Shown piece by piece: positions 11,262 through 24,338 of a stretch of 64,000 nucleotides of DNA; positions within the stretch are counted from its first letter, which is position 1; every line of letters begins with the position of its first letter. The position numbers and the translations under genes were made by a program. This DNA is from Lingula anatina (taxonomy: Eukaryota; Animalia; Brachiopoda), in NCBI GenBank assembly GCA_051362555.1, contig CM120643.1:22014848-22078847 (forward strand), written 5' to 3'. The notes beneath the pieces are model-generated. The model saw only the letters and a list, made by a program, of their open reading frames with translations, did not search any database and was not told the origin of the DNA.

Positions 11262-12843
11262 TAATCGGGAGAATAAATGCACGACAATATAAAATAACCG
11301 ATGCACAGTAGCCTTTCACAGATGATAAGAATGTGAAAAAAAATTATTCGAAAATAACTTGTTCTGATAGTAGAGGGTTGCCAATTGCGTTAGCTGTGCC
11401 GTATGATTGTTCTTTGTGGTGTGATGTCTGTTGTGTCCGATGAAACACAATGGACTATGACAAATGTAGACCTGTGAAAGTTCCCTCGGTCCATGATGAC
11501 TTGCTACATCTGGTAGGAAATAATCAGTGTCAGTGTATTCATGTTTTAAACGTACAAGTACCTACATGCCTTTATAAATTAACTGCGGTACAGTAGCCTT
11601 TCAAAGATGATGAGAATGTGAAATAAGAATCAATTCGAATAAGATTTCTGAAAATAACTGATTTTAATAATTGAGGCTTGTAAATTGTGTCACCTGTTTA
11701 TTAATTTTTTTTTCGAAACAAATATGCCTTTTTTATTTTCAAAAACAAAAATACCACTGCAGGCTTTGCAACTTTATTACATTATCTAACTGAAGTGACT
11801 CAGAGAGGTGGAGATGTTGCACCCTCTACTGAAGTCACAGGAAGGTTTTTTCATTGGATATTGTATAAATCTTTCTCTGGCTATTTCTCTACTATTTTCC
11901 ATGCTGTGGGATATCAGGTCAAAATGATGTTAGAGTACATAAGCTCAATGCGATAGGCTCAACAAACACATTAAACTATTTGAACCTTTCTTTTTTTTTA
12001 ATAAGCATATTTCAAAATTAGACTTATAATTATTATTATATCTATTAATATGTCTTTTTAAAGTTAGTTTTTGTTTAATGTTAAACTTGTGCGTTAAATG
12101 TCTATCTTCTTGTACATTTTGCTGTGTTCTTTCATCATCCAGTGTAAATTAACGTATGCATCTTACTTATTACTTCGATTACCCTCAGACATAAAACCAT
12201 GCAATTTGAAAAAAAAAAAACGTAATGTGCAGAAACGAGTCAACCTTTGAAATTATCTCCAATTGATAAAAGGGAATTGTTGAAATCGGTAGAATTAAAA
12301 CGAGGGAAGAGAGATAAGAAGGATAGCGTGCTCAAGTGGTAGCACTGTTAGATAGCTAAATATCAAAAGACTAAAACTGTCAAACTTGTGCTTATACCCT
12401 CACAAAAGGACTTAAATCGCGAAGATATACTACAGGGGTATAACAGAGGCGGATCCAGAGCTATTTTCTCACAGTCTTCTAAATTATCTTTTTTGATCAA
12501 TCCTTTATGTGTGACTGTCTTTCAACAGAAAAATTAGATACCCGTCAATGTAAACTTGAACGTCTGACCGTCTTCCAGAAGACTCAGAAGACGACCTCAA
12601 TCCGCCCCTGTATAAGGTGCAACGGAGAATACGTACTCTAGTTCTCTCATGATATATTTTTAGCCTCGACAGTCGACAACATAGGGTGGAATGATGCCTA
12701 ATTTTTTGTTCGTATCTAACGTACTGGTACAACATGATACAAGGCTATCGCTGGTGATGACCCCAGTTAGTGATTATAGTATTTCATATGAGGGGCGAGC
12801 CGTTAATGGATCACTCAAAACACGTGTGTCAGCACGTACGCCG
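11262..12843 (+). repeat. About 1.58-kb segmental duplicate, copy 2 (copy 1 at 4545-6118)
   Basis: Collinear match to 4545-6118. Confidence 0.9.
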
Positions 12844-13329
12844 AACTAATCAAAAAGTTAAAGAAACGGCGAACAAAACATCAAGCTTTACCAATGAATC
12901 GTTTTTTTTTTCAAAAAATCCATGCCAGGAAAGATCTACATGTCCCAATGATCAACCATGCATTATTAAGCACACTGTATTGTTATTGTATTTTACATGT
13001 ATCTTAAAAGACGTATATTTATAGAAGGGTCATTTCAAACAGCAAATCGAAATTACATTGTGCGCCTGGCAAGTACGTGTCAGCTCCGGTATTTCCGATA
13101 AAAAGTGGCATCCTTCGTGCCCTACAAATACAAAGAAAATGACAAAACAAGAACTGAGTAAATTTCATTGGACTGCAATGACTTACGATATGTACTAGGA
13201 AATAATCAGTGTCAGTGCATTCGTGTTTTAAACGCTCATGAAACTTTATGGAAATGCATGACGTTATAAAATAACCGGGGAACAGACGCCTTTCAACGGT
13301 GATAAGATTGTGAAAATTCAATCACATTC

Positions 13330-14292
13330 TGTTACTTTCAATTTGTTTCACTTTGTTTTGTGATGAAAAAGCAACTATTGAGGCTTGTGTGAATGAACTT
13401 AGATCTTGGCTCAAGTCCAACTACTTAGTTTTTAATGATGAAAAAACTGAATTAGTCCATTTCAACTCTAAGTTTTCCAAAGACAATACTGCACTTGATA
13501 GTATTAGAGTTGGGGATTCTTTTATAAAACCAACAACAGAAGTAAGGAACTTGGGTGTTATTTTTAATAACAAATGTGAAATGACATCACACATTAACAA
13601 AGTATGTAAAACATCATATTTTAGTCTCCAACGGATATCCAAGATCTTTCACCTTATTTACACCAAGCAAACTGAATTACTCATCCATGCATTTGTAACC
13701 TCTAGACTGGATTATTGCAATAGCCTATTGTTTGGAATACCTAACTATCAAATGGAAAAGCTACAATCAATTCAGAACTCTGCTGCTCGTCTCCTCTGTA
13801 AAGCTCAGAAGTCCGACCACATCACACCAATTCTGCGAAACTTCCACTGGCTACCCGTGTCTCAACGAATGGTTTTTAAAATGTTACTTTTGACTTTTAA
13901 GATTTTAAAGGGCGACTGTCCATTTTACTTAAACTCTACCATAGAACTTTTAACTCCTATCAGATCACTTCGATCTAGTGGACAACTTCAACTTAAGCGA
14001 AAAGACACTAAAATGACTCTTAAGACATATGGACACAGAAGTTTCGAGATTTGTGCACCGATTTTATGGTCTAATTTTATCACAAGATCTAATGTGTCTC
14101 TGGATGACTCATATTACTGTTTTAAGAAGAATTAAAAAACTTTTTTATTTAAAGAGTACTTTAATTTAGAGCATCTTTTTAGTTTTTAAAATTTTTAAGT
14201 ATTCTGTTTTTAGTCTATGCTGGCTTTTATTTATCTGTGGAGTTATATTTTTTATGTAAACAGCGCTGAGACGCATGTGTAGCGCGGTTTTA
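13330..14292 (+). mobile_element. 5'-truncated L2-type LINE (RT C-terminal region and 3' end)
   Basis: ORF 13353-14135 with NLGVIF, SRLDYCNSLL, LQSIQNSAARLL, HITPILRNFHWLPV, RSLRSS motifs. 3' end tgtaaacAGCGCtgag...tAGCGCgg resembles the L2 terminal stem-loop. Confidence 0.88.
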
Positions 14293-14299
14293 AAGAATT

Positions 14300-14556
14300 C
14301 CCGCACGAAAATGCAGTAGTATCGAAGTAGCAAAGAAGCATTAAAGCAGTAGTGGTGGGGAGCATATTTGCAGTATAAATGCAGTATACCCTACTGTAAT
14401 TCTACTTCAAAAATTACATAGGGTTGTACAGAGGAGGAGCATTAATGCAGTAGATTAGCAGCATGATAGAAGCATGTTTCAAATATGCTAATTAGCTCCC
14501 AATGCGAAGCAGATTTGAGGCATATTTGCAGTATGATTGCAGTAGTCTACTGCACT
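14300..14556. mobile_element. Truncated copy of the CCCGCA-TIR MITE (complete copy at 47381-47652)
   Basis: Close match to 47381-47625; lacks the right TIR. Confidence 0.8.
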
Positions 14557-14875
14557 ACCAAAATCACAGGAAGGATTTTTTCATTGGCTATTCCTCGCAC
14601 TTGCTGAGCAAAACAACAAGGCTATTGCGAGCTTTAATACTGTCGCTGTACCCTTTACCAAATGCATAGGGAGGATTTTTTCATTGGATATTATTATTTC
14701 CCTGGCTATTCCTGGCACTTTTCCATTCTACGATATTTCAGGCAAAAATGATTTTATCTCCCAGCTCACTACAAACTCTATTGACTGCAATAGGTTCGAC
14801 AAAAACCTATTTTATTTTTAAGTACATTTGCAAACCTAGACTTTAAAATTGTAACTATTATTGTATTTATTTATA

Positions 14876-15375
14876 TGTCTATTTTAGCCTGTAAGGTTTT
14901 GCATAATGTTAAACTTGTGTGTGTCCAATGTCTATGTTTTTATATATTTTGTTGTGTTCATGCTTTATCCAGTTCAAATTGACGTATATGCATCTTATTT
15001 ATTACTGGGTGTCAAATATCTAGTATACCGTTACAACACGATACAAGGCTTTCACACTGGTAATGACCCCATTAGGTGATAAAACTATTTGTTACAGTAC
15101 GCGAGTGTATCTTCTAATCAGTTACTACAAGGTGCGACTGAGATCACACAGTTCCATCAGGATGTATTTTTAGCCTCATTAGTCGACAACATAGGGTGGA
15201 ACTTTATGGGCCTTACCTTTGATTCATATCTAGCATACTGGTAGATATGATACAAGGCTACCACACTAGTGTTCTTTAAGATCTATACGGTGCTTTGATA
15301 TGAATCTTCAACATGAGTCAGCACGTACACCAAAGTAATTAAAGAAAAAGAAACGGCGATTAAAATATCATGCTG
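14876..15375 (+). repeat. Duplicate of 10293-11253 lacking the hammerhead palindrome
   Basis: Near-identical to 10293-10657, then joins directly to ttctttaagatctatac (= 11150 onward). Confidence 0.85.
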
Positions 15376-15450
15376 CATCAGTAAATGAATTTTATTACAA
15401 ATCGATGACAGGAATGATATTATCTACTTGTACTATTGCTTGATCTTGTA

Positions 15451-15715
15451 CAGTGGTGGATTTAGGGGGAGGGGTCCTGACCCCCTTTCCATTTCTGAAA
15501 AACAAAATCACACTAATACTCTCCTTTTGAAATTAGAATTTTGTCTAGCTGCAACATAGTTCTAAACCCTACAAATGGCACCGTTCGCCCTCTAAATACC
15601 AACATTTTCGGGGCCCATTAGCGAGCCCCGAGCCCCATTAGCAAGCCCCGAGCCCCATGCGAAGCATCCGCGGATCCCCCCCCCCCCTCCTTCAAAGAAT
15701 CCTGGATCAGCCCCG
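15451..15715. mobile_element. About 260-bp MITE-like element, CAGTGGYGRATTT...TGGATCMGCC (second copy 33315-33575)
   Basis: Imperfect TIRs. Interior ttttgaaatta...caaatggcacYgttcgccctct shared with 33315-33575. Confidence 0.7.
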
Positions 15716-17316
15716 CTTGCTAGGGGTTTGTAAAACGTTCTGTTAAAACGTATCTTTATAAACCGATCATATCCAACAGCAAATCATAATCAAAATTGTA
15801 TGACTGACAACGTGTCAGCCCCGACATTTTAGTTTTAACGCCCCTCCCCACTATCTTTCCCCCTACTACTCAGCTCCAGACCCCTAAATGTCGAGATCAT
15901 AGTCAACCAAAGAAAAGATTCAAATGATTAAAATAAATTTATTTTTCATGAGTGCAAACAAAATTACAATCAAGTTTGAATATTTAGAATGTACATTACA
16001 GTGAAAATGCAATGGAGCACATATGTATTTTTTGTAAGGAAGTTTGAAGTAATAACATTATCTGGGTAGGTATTCACTGACAAAAGACTAAATATACAGT
16101 AATCTTATAATAAAATATCACCATCTATCTAAACATAATAGTAAAAATTAAATTTATTTAATTGATGGTAAATAGTTGGCATATACATGTATACTTTATA
16201 GCTATATTATATAACCTGACACTTGGATTAAATGGTCCGAACAAGCATGATCTTGTATATATTGCACAAACTGCAATTGCAGTTTAAAAAAAAACCTTCC
16301 TATTTTAGCAAATGTTTTATTACGACACTACTCATATGATAAAAATGATACGCAAGTTATGCTCTCTAATTAAAAGTATACCAGTTCATAGGCTATATAT
16401 TACTAATCCAAAATAGCCATTTATATATTCAAGAAGTAAATAATTTTGTACATGCATGCTAACCTACACGTGAATACACAGACAACCTCAAATATAACAG
16501 ACCACAACAACAAACATCAGCTCATGAACATCGGTTTATTTTTTTCAAAAACAAACTAATTTTAAGAATCAACACCGTTACAACTGTAAAAAATTAACTA
16601 TATTATACAGGGATTATAACTATTATTATACTGTAACTATAACTCTATTATAGTGTATGATGAACATGTAAAACAGTCCTCGCCATATACAATGTACATG
16701 AAGAGCCAGTATAGCGAGTTGACGTCCACTTACGTTTTTGCCATTTATATCGAAGGAGACGTCCGTTCCCTAAAAGGTGGGCTGATTCAGCCTTACCAAA
16801 TAATTCTTCAAAGAAATATTTACGTCATATGCCACGATTAGACGAGCAATACTACAGTATTTGCAGCTAAACTAGCCATAGAACATACCAAACACACATA
16901 CCATGATCACAAATTCAGCAAATTATATGGGCTCAGGGTGCCTAACACGAATTTTCACAATATGATTGCAGTTTAGTTAAGTTTGTCATGGTATGCGATG
17001 GACTGGATCCGTTTAATTGTACATGACAATGATAGTGCAAGTCCGTCAACAACGGTATAGAAACGAGGCAATGTGGACTCAAACTCCAATGAATCTGATG
17101 ATCAGCTTTGATTAGGTTACCTAAATATTTCGGCCTTAGTGCACTGTTTGTTCTTAAATTGAGCACTCATAATAATGAATACGTAGTGTTTAGTATGCTC
17201 AGTATGTTTATTCCATTATCAGAGTTTTTGTTTGCATTTCAGGCATCAATTTTTAAATCAAGGCATTGAACTTAACTTTTGCTTTCGGTTCAGATATGTT
17301 AATGTGGTCACCGCCT

Positions 17317-18353
17317 TTAGTCACGTGACAGAAAGTTAAATTGAGCTTGGACGCTCTTACCATGCTCTCGGTCTTTGGCAACCACTTACAGATGAGTACC
17401 ACCTACTATGAAGGTTACGTCAATCGGCCGGTCTCTACCTGATTTTGTGTCAGGCATGTCAAGACGTAAAGAACCTCTCTCTGTACAATCGGGATCATTA
17501 ATGTACTTGACATCTACATGTGGTGAAATATACACGTTAAATTCAACGACCGTTTGATCACTTCTGAGCGGATAGAAGACTTTGTGGATTTCTTGTCCAC
17601 ATTCGTATGTGTGATCACTTTTCAGGAAGGTTGAAAAATTATCTTTGCAGTATTCCACACCTTCAACTAACTGCTTTTTGCTAAGAGGGTGGATTTGGGG
17701 GTTGAAGTGTTCGTATGTTTCAATGCCGTATGATTGCCTACTGATGCGCTTGCACAACATGGACGGTTCGTGGCCGTAAAGCACTGCCCCCTGCATCACT
17801 GCTAACCCTGCACTTCTAGGTACACGTATTGCCTGAACTCGGTGCTGAAACTCGCGCTTTATTCTATCCTGAAGAATTCGACATTCTGAGTAACCACCTA
17901 CCAAAAACATTATGCTCAAGTTTTCAAGGGCTGGGTTTTTGAACAGATCGTGCAAGTGGTTTATGATACTTTGAATTGAACTCCCAAACAGCCCTTCAAA
18001 TATACCCTTTTCAAGCCTAATCTTATCATTTACCAGTTTATATTCTGAATTCTCACTATTTGGACGCCATTTGTCTCTTAGCTCGTAGGGGATGTACATA
18101 GAAATCCATTTACTTCCCGAAGCCCTTGATGCATTTCTTTTGGCTAATTCAAAACTACGCTTCAATTCTAAAAATTCTGCAGGATGTTTTCTGGCAAACT
18201 CTTCGTATGTTCCCTGTCCACAGTATTGATGCAACTTCTTGATAAAATTTTCATCTACCTTTGTTCCACCCCAAGCACCGCCCGATGCCTTGTGTATTTC
18301 CTTGAGACGCCCATCACTCTCTATCTGGTGGACTGTCACGTCAACAGTGCCTC
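17317..18353 (-). CDS. HSPA12: HSPA12-like last exon (premature stop at 17388-17386; probable ancestral stop 17319-17317)
   Basis: Acceptor tttcttacatAG at 18355-18354, phase 1. GGTVDVTVH...ASGGAWGGTKVD...FLVGGYSEC...LAVMQGAVLYG...GGTHL*VVAKDREHGKSVQAQFNFLSRD*. Confidence 0.9.
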
Positions 18354-18409
18354 CTATGTAAGAAATATAATACTCTTTGTCTGACAAAATGACTAAAACC
18401 TGGAAGTAA

Positions 18410-18915
18410 GGCACCGTTCACATGAAAAATTCAAATTCCAAAAATCAAAAAATCCATTGGCGGTATCTAGTGATCACGGTCTGTGCCCTGAGTACCCCGC
18501 GACATGATTAACTAGCAAAGCTGTAATTTATTCTCGGCTGCGCTCGGAGGAGATTCTGACGCCTGGAGGCATGCGCAGAAGTATCTCTAAACTGTGGATT
18601 TCATCAGTTTGCACTCATATCTGTCGTGTGTATATGGACCTCATCTTCTTCGTCTTGTTGTTGCAAAAAATCGACAAACATTTTCAAAGCAACCGCGACC
18701 GTCATTTTCTTTCTCTCTAACTTATTACTGCGCATACGTCCAGGTGTTGAATCTCCTCCGAGCGCACCGACATTTAATTACAGCTTTGGAAGCAACTCGC
18801 TCGCTCTGCTAGTTAATTATGTCGCAGGGTATTCAGGGCACAGACCGTGATCACTAGATACCGCCAATGGATTTTTTGGATTTTTGGAATTTAGATTTTT
18901 CATGTGAACGGTGCC
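18410..18915. mobile_element. PIF/Harbinger-type MITE (506 bp, long TIRs)
   Basis: GGCACCGTTCACATGAAAAAT...ATTTTTCATGTGAACGGTGCC with more than 100 bp of inverted complementarity. TAA duplication at 18407-18409 and 18916-18918. Confidence 0.88.
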
Positions 18916-19179
18916 TAAATTAATGGTTTCATTTGTCAATAGCTGAATAATAATAAACTGAGATTTACCAGTTACCATCACGACTGACATAAAAAGGAAG
19001 CGTAGACACAGATCACCCAATCATAAAGGAGCAAGACAAGATCAAAACTGAAAAAGAAAAGGTCAATGCTACATAAGGATAAGGCAACGTAGTAGGCGAT
19101 AAAAGAAAGGAAAGGGTAAGGCAAAGCTTAACCAGGGCGATGTACTAGGAAAGATAAAGAAAAACCGAAAGGGTTACTT

Positions 19180-19285
19180 GTTACGGCTTTTCTCTGGTCC
19201 TTTGTTCAAAACTGTTCCCTTGGCTCATAATTGTTTCCGAAACGCTATGTAGTGGTCCTTCACCTGTGAATGTCCAGCGTGGCGA
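19180..19285. repeat. Dispersed repeat fragment with an inverted homologue at about 45375-45478
   Basis: tacggctttt...cttggctcataattgtttc...ggtcct...ctgtgaatg aligns by eye with the reverse complement of 45375-45478. Confidence 0.65.
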
Positions 19286-19579
19286 GATCAAACTTTTTTC
19301 TCAAATGTGCTCGTGCTTGGCTCTCTTATTGGCCCCAATATTACAAGCTTAAAACATTTTGAAACTACCAAAAACATATGTACAGTACACTAATTGTTTT
19401 AAATATATTTTTATTCATTAAAATTTGCCTAATATTTGCCACATTTTTAGTTTTACTTTAAGTGTCGATAATGGACCATAGAGCCATTATTCGTGTTATA
19501 GTCTAGTGAGATTTTTGAAAAAAGGCTCTGCATAAGAAGCTAGGGGCATTTTGGGGTAAAAGGCTTATTATCATATTTT

Positions 19580-20150
19580 TGGGATGCTGAATCTGATTAA
19601 CCCGGTTCCCAAGCGAATTTTTGTGTTTTAAACGGTCTTATTTGCAAAAAAACAAAATGGCCGCCAGATTTCCAATTTTCTGCAATATCTCTGGAACTAG
19701 ACAGGCGAATATGACAAATGAAGTGTCTTTACCTATATTGTCAGGGTCGAGGAACATTATTAAGATGTTTCTGTAAGAATTCGATTTACACAATTTTCCT
19801 AAATATGCAAATTAGGATCACCATTACTGAAAAACCGGTTTACTTCTGTATCTCTGAAACTAGGCAAGCAAACATGACAAATGAAGTGTCTACACCTATG
19901 TTCTCAGGGTCAGGAAATATGATATAAAAGAGATGTCTTGTCTGATGGGTAGCACTGACTTTGTGAATCGTGTCCGAGTAGCACCTTTTATTATTTCTTT
20001 CCTGTACCTGTCAAGCACAAGTCAATCAGCTGATAGTTAGAATCTGCTTTCAGAACTGCTCTTAAGTTAATTAGTCAAGCAAACATGACACATGAAGTGC
20101 CCACACCCATGTTTTCAGTGTTAGAGAAAGTGGTTAAGACATTTTCACCA
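19580..20150. mobile_element. Non-autonomous DNA-transposon-like repeat with internal subrepeats; inverted copy at 33665-33977 plus 39074-39110
   Basis: atgacaaatgaagtg subrepeats. 19716-20065 matches the reverse complement of the split copy. Confidence 0.7.
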
Positions 20151-20674
20151 TAGCTAAATCAGCAATAAGTGCTACACTGTCACACTGTAGCAATTATTCG
20201 AATCTGAATTGAATTTTGCAATTACATACTGCGCAAGCCATTGGGATGTAAACATATTGGATCACACAACTGCCCCTTTTACCTAGATTTAAAAATCGAT
20301 TACCTTATTAATGAAATGGACGAATTTGCTGAATCAAGTAATTCATGTGATGCAATGTACAGACTTGATATTTAAAATGGATTTTTTCAAACATATTTTC
20401 TTTGATTTTTTCCCATATATTAGTAATGGATGAAATAAAAAACTTGTTATAATGTTTGATATGGCTTTAATAAATCAACCCGTGTGAAAACATCATCAAA
20501 AATTTAATTTAAATAGTATTCAAATCAGCGTTATAAACAGCGCATGGATAATTTTATAGCTGATAACAACGAGGTATCAAAATCTTATGAACTCGATATT
20601 ATCAAGAATATCAGTTGGTAAGGATTTTCTGTTACACAAAAGAATCATCAAGACTAGTGTGAACAACGGAAACT

Positions 20675-21659
20675 GATAACAACGCCTGCAGCCTCTTCTA
20701 GCTGCAACCAGAGACCTCACTCTGCAAGGGATCCATGCAGGGAGGTTTCTGAGAGTTTGATCCAGCATTGTGTTACACGCATTAGTCAGAGCTTGCCTAA
20801 TCTTGTGCCGATTTGTAGGCTGGACGGGTAAGTTCTTGATTCTGCTAGCGATTTATGCCCACAGGTTTTCTATAGAATCCATGTCAGAGGAATTTCGTCA
20901 GCCAAGGCAACTGGTTTACCTCTTGGTTTTACAGAAAAGTAGTTATTGCATGGGCACGGTGAGGTCGGGCATTGTCATCTTGCAGGATGAAGTTGTCCTG
21001 GAAGTACCTATTTGCAAATTGCAAGCAAGTATTCTCTAAAATGTCCCTGTATTAATATCTGGTTGAGGTTTCCATAAGTTGCCACCAATAGTGTTTTGGC
21101 TCCAGCGTGGAAACCGGCCCATACACAGATACTGCCCTGGCCACAAGTCACTGTAGGGTGACACAATCCTCGTGCAGTAACTCGTCTGGAAGCCTACTGA
21201 CTCTGATTCAGCCATCGCGGTGGTGGAACTCAAACCCTGCCTCATCTGTAAAAATCTACATGAACCCAGTGCTGTGGCTGGAACCGCAAATGGCGTCTAG
21301 CCCACCATGGTGCTCTGTTCATAGAGGTAACCAGCTAAAAGTAGCCTTGCATTCACTAGAGTTCTAGAAACATGTTTTTAAATGGTAATATGCCACTCAT
21401 TTTGTAGAGCAAGAGTTGTCTTTGTCCGGTAGTTGCGACATAACCGCAGAAGCAAACGGTCTTCCCTTCTAGTGGTGACTTTAGGACGTCCTGGCCGTGG
21501 TCTCTGTGTTTATGTACCCGTCTGGGCGTGTTTCTGTAAGACGTTAGAAACTGCTCCCTGGGGCACATTCAGCTGTCTGGCAATAGCAGTTTGCTTCTGT
21601 CCATTCTGGCATAATCCAACAATAGTGTGGCAAGTAGCTGCCGTTAGTTCACATACCAT
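20675..21659 (-). pseudogene. Decayed Tc1-family transposase
   Basis: Hand translation: MVCELT...AIARQLNVPQGAVSNVL...RPRPGRPKVTTRREDRLLLR (HTH and GRP motif), FTDE (about 21245), ILQDDNARPHR (about 20975), MDSIENLWA (about 20870), RVRSLVAARRG. Several stops and frameshifts. Confidence 0.9.
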
Positions 21660-23881
21660 AAGGTCAGCTAAGAGTCTGCAAAATATCTCTTCTGACTGGA
21701 CGTTGCCGAAATATGGCGACTTATTCTGCAGAACTGCTGCCCTTTTATACGCATTCTGTAACCAGCCAAAGAGGACTGCTCAGAGAAACTGCCTCATATT
21801 ACGTATTATAACCGCGCTTCAGAGAAAGCAGCATAATGAACAATAACCAACACAGCACAAAAACAAATCTTTCCGATTTTTCAGCCTCCGCGGAATGACG
21901 TCGGAACAGTGCAAGCTGGCCTTTACAACGCGCGACTGAATGACGTTTTTCCGCGCAGGAGTACCCCTTTCTCTTTTACACGGCCTTTCAACAGGCGTAA
22001 TCTTGTTCGTCTTTCTTCGCGACTGAACAACGTTTTTCCGCAGGGGTCCTGCCTTGGTATTATGTGACGGTCGTTATTAGATTGTGACTGACATTTAAGA
22101 ACATGAGATTTCAATGGAACTGAAAGATTTATATTGTTAATTCCTTTCAAAATTTCATTTTATTATCTTAGGTGCGCTACATGTATATATTGTCGAAAGG
22201 CGTGATCATCCCGATCATAAGAACATTTCTCCTGAGGAAGCTTCCCCCCGAGGGCTTATCATATTTTGTTATTCATCATTTCATTTCTCTTTGCTGATTT
22301 ATCCCCAAAAGTTGTATTTGATCTATCAAATCCAGTCCAATTCACAGTCGTCTCAAAAACCATTTTAAATTAATATAGATTGCTTGGAAGCGATATCAAA
22401 GTCTATTTAAAGCATGATTATTATTTCCATAAAATTGCAATGAATTATAATGAATAAGACTTGGTCAAAGGCCATGCTGTTTGATTATTAAAAGTTTGGC
22501 CGCGGCCTTGAATAATGCAACTCTGGTTGCAGCAACATAACTGACTAGCATTTAACTTGTCGCTTGTACTATAGAAATTGTTAATCACACTTGCGCTTAC
22601 AATCTGGATTTTATAGGATACGTTTTAAGGTGTCTCCGGAGTAAAAATCATTTCACTGAAATCATGATACACAGTCAGTGTATTTTTAATTTTTTATTTT
22701 TTTCCATTAATAAGGTGTATTAATAAAGATTCCTTAGACGATCTCGATTTAGACTGCGGCAGTGTAAATAGATCTTAAGTTTATTACACTGATGGACGTA
22801 GTGCTTATGCATTGAATCAGCGTTAGCAGTGGTGGAACCAATCTTTAATTAATAAGGGAGTGGGAAGAACCAGCGGGTGACCGTTAAACGTTCTAATACT
22901 TAATCAACACTGAGCGGAGAACAAACAAAAAAGGATAAAGATGTGTCACTCTATGCGCTGGTGGCCGGGGAAATTTCAACAAAGCCCGACTAACAACAAT
23001 GTACGTCACGGCCACCTTCAATATTTCATCTAGCTAAAAGACGAAAACAAAAATACTTTAATACCAATGTTGACTGGAGATGCATTAGAAAATTTTTTTT
23101 ATTTGATGAATAGGTATTGCCCCACAACTGATCGTAGTACATCCCACGATAAGATTTCGCTCGATAGACCATGTCTAGAACCATTAGTAAACCATAAGTT
23201 CTAAACTAGCTGTCATAAAAATTCTTGCTTGAAAAGCTGAATAACTAAGACCATTGTTATTTTGCAAGGTTAAGCAGTGATAAATATGTTGATATATAGC
23301 AAACATTATCAGTATGATGTGCCGTAATACGTATATAACAGGAGTACTTTGCTATTGATGATGAGATATCTTGCTCATAGTGGGTGACGAAGAGAAGGGG
23401 GTGGTTAAACCACGTAAGTGAAGAATCACTGCACATTAAACGTGCATCGTGTGTCACTTTTACACGGTTTCTGCTAATGAAAATGTATCATATCGCAATA
23501 TACTGATTTCTTCATAGAAATTCATTTTTCACATGAAAATAAGTAAACCGCCGCAAGTCAAAAACGGCTATTTTGTTTATAAGTTCTGGGCTTTGACAGA
23601 GAAGGACAGGCCTGCTTTAGATGACAGCCGGATTCGGCTGCATTTGTATGGGGATTGCTACCAGTTATTAACACAGTTTTCACATGAAGTGCCATTGAAA
23701 CACGATGGTCGAGAGATGACTCATGAGCTGAGGTCAGTATAACAAGCAGCATGATGGCCAATAAGCTATTTAACCTTTTATGTAACCTCTCTCCAACCGC
23801 GGTGATGAAGGCTTAAACCAAGTGTTTTGGTTTCTCACTTCTTTGTTTAAGCACAGTCCCCCCTCTTTTTTTTCAGGACTC

Positions 23882-23926
23882 TGCAGCTGATGAAGGTCAC
23901 TTGTTGACCGAAAAGCGCTCTCTGCA
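23882..23926 (+). ncRNA. Hammerhead-like motif
   Basis: TGCAG-CTGATGA-A-GGTCA-CTTGT-TGACC-GAAA-AGCGCT-CT-CTGCA. Perfect stems I and II, both core boxes, palindromic AGCGCT; extra bases around the cleavage site. Confidence 0.6.
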
Positions 23927-24338
23927 ACCAGTCCAACCTCCCTTTTTTTTCGTTTCCCCAGCCGCACTGTGTGTATCTCGTACAGTCGGCCCTTCAGGTC
24001 AAACACATACAGAGGCGAGACACCTCTCTCACATTATACTGAAGTGAAACAACAGCCGATAATATTGAATACGGCAATAAATAGTTATCTAACATAATTC
24101 GAATCAGAATTATAAGACGGACACGTTCTATCACCGATGTCTCTTCACAAACACGTGATAACGCATCTAAGGACCTTTATACTTCAATCTTAACTCTAAC
24201 GTCCCAAAAGCAATCTCAAATAATAATAATAATAATAATTTATTCAGCTTTGAATGTTACAATTTAACATTGTTTGCTGTCTAGTCTACTACAGAATCTA
24301 ACATATTGTACTTATATAAAAAGAGAGAAAGTGATATT

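Larger units (their letters stand above)
4200..16550 (+). repeat. Complex degenerate tandem amplification of the dehydrogenase 3' flank (homologous to about 780-2600), interrupted by TEs
   Basis: Blocks recur in the same orientation: aagtcac/agg...tttttcattggatatt (about 1421, 5101, 6720, 9557, 11833, 14563, 14670); acgtgtca (about 1707, 6290, 7333, 8932, 9344, 13075, 15810); aaataatcagtgtca (about 1106, 4495, 4805, 6434, 11518, 13201). 15780-16500 is collinear with 1670-2550. Confidence 0.85.

Noticed and set aside
18354-18414. N-terminus MPYFQVLVILSDKEYYISYI of the 342-aa ORF as a single-exon gene start
   Set aside because: It starts inside the MITE terminus and crosses intron sequence; homology begins at the AG acceptor (18354).
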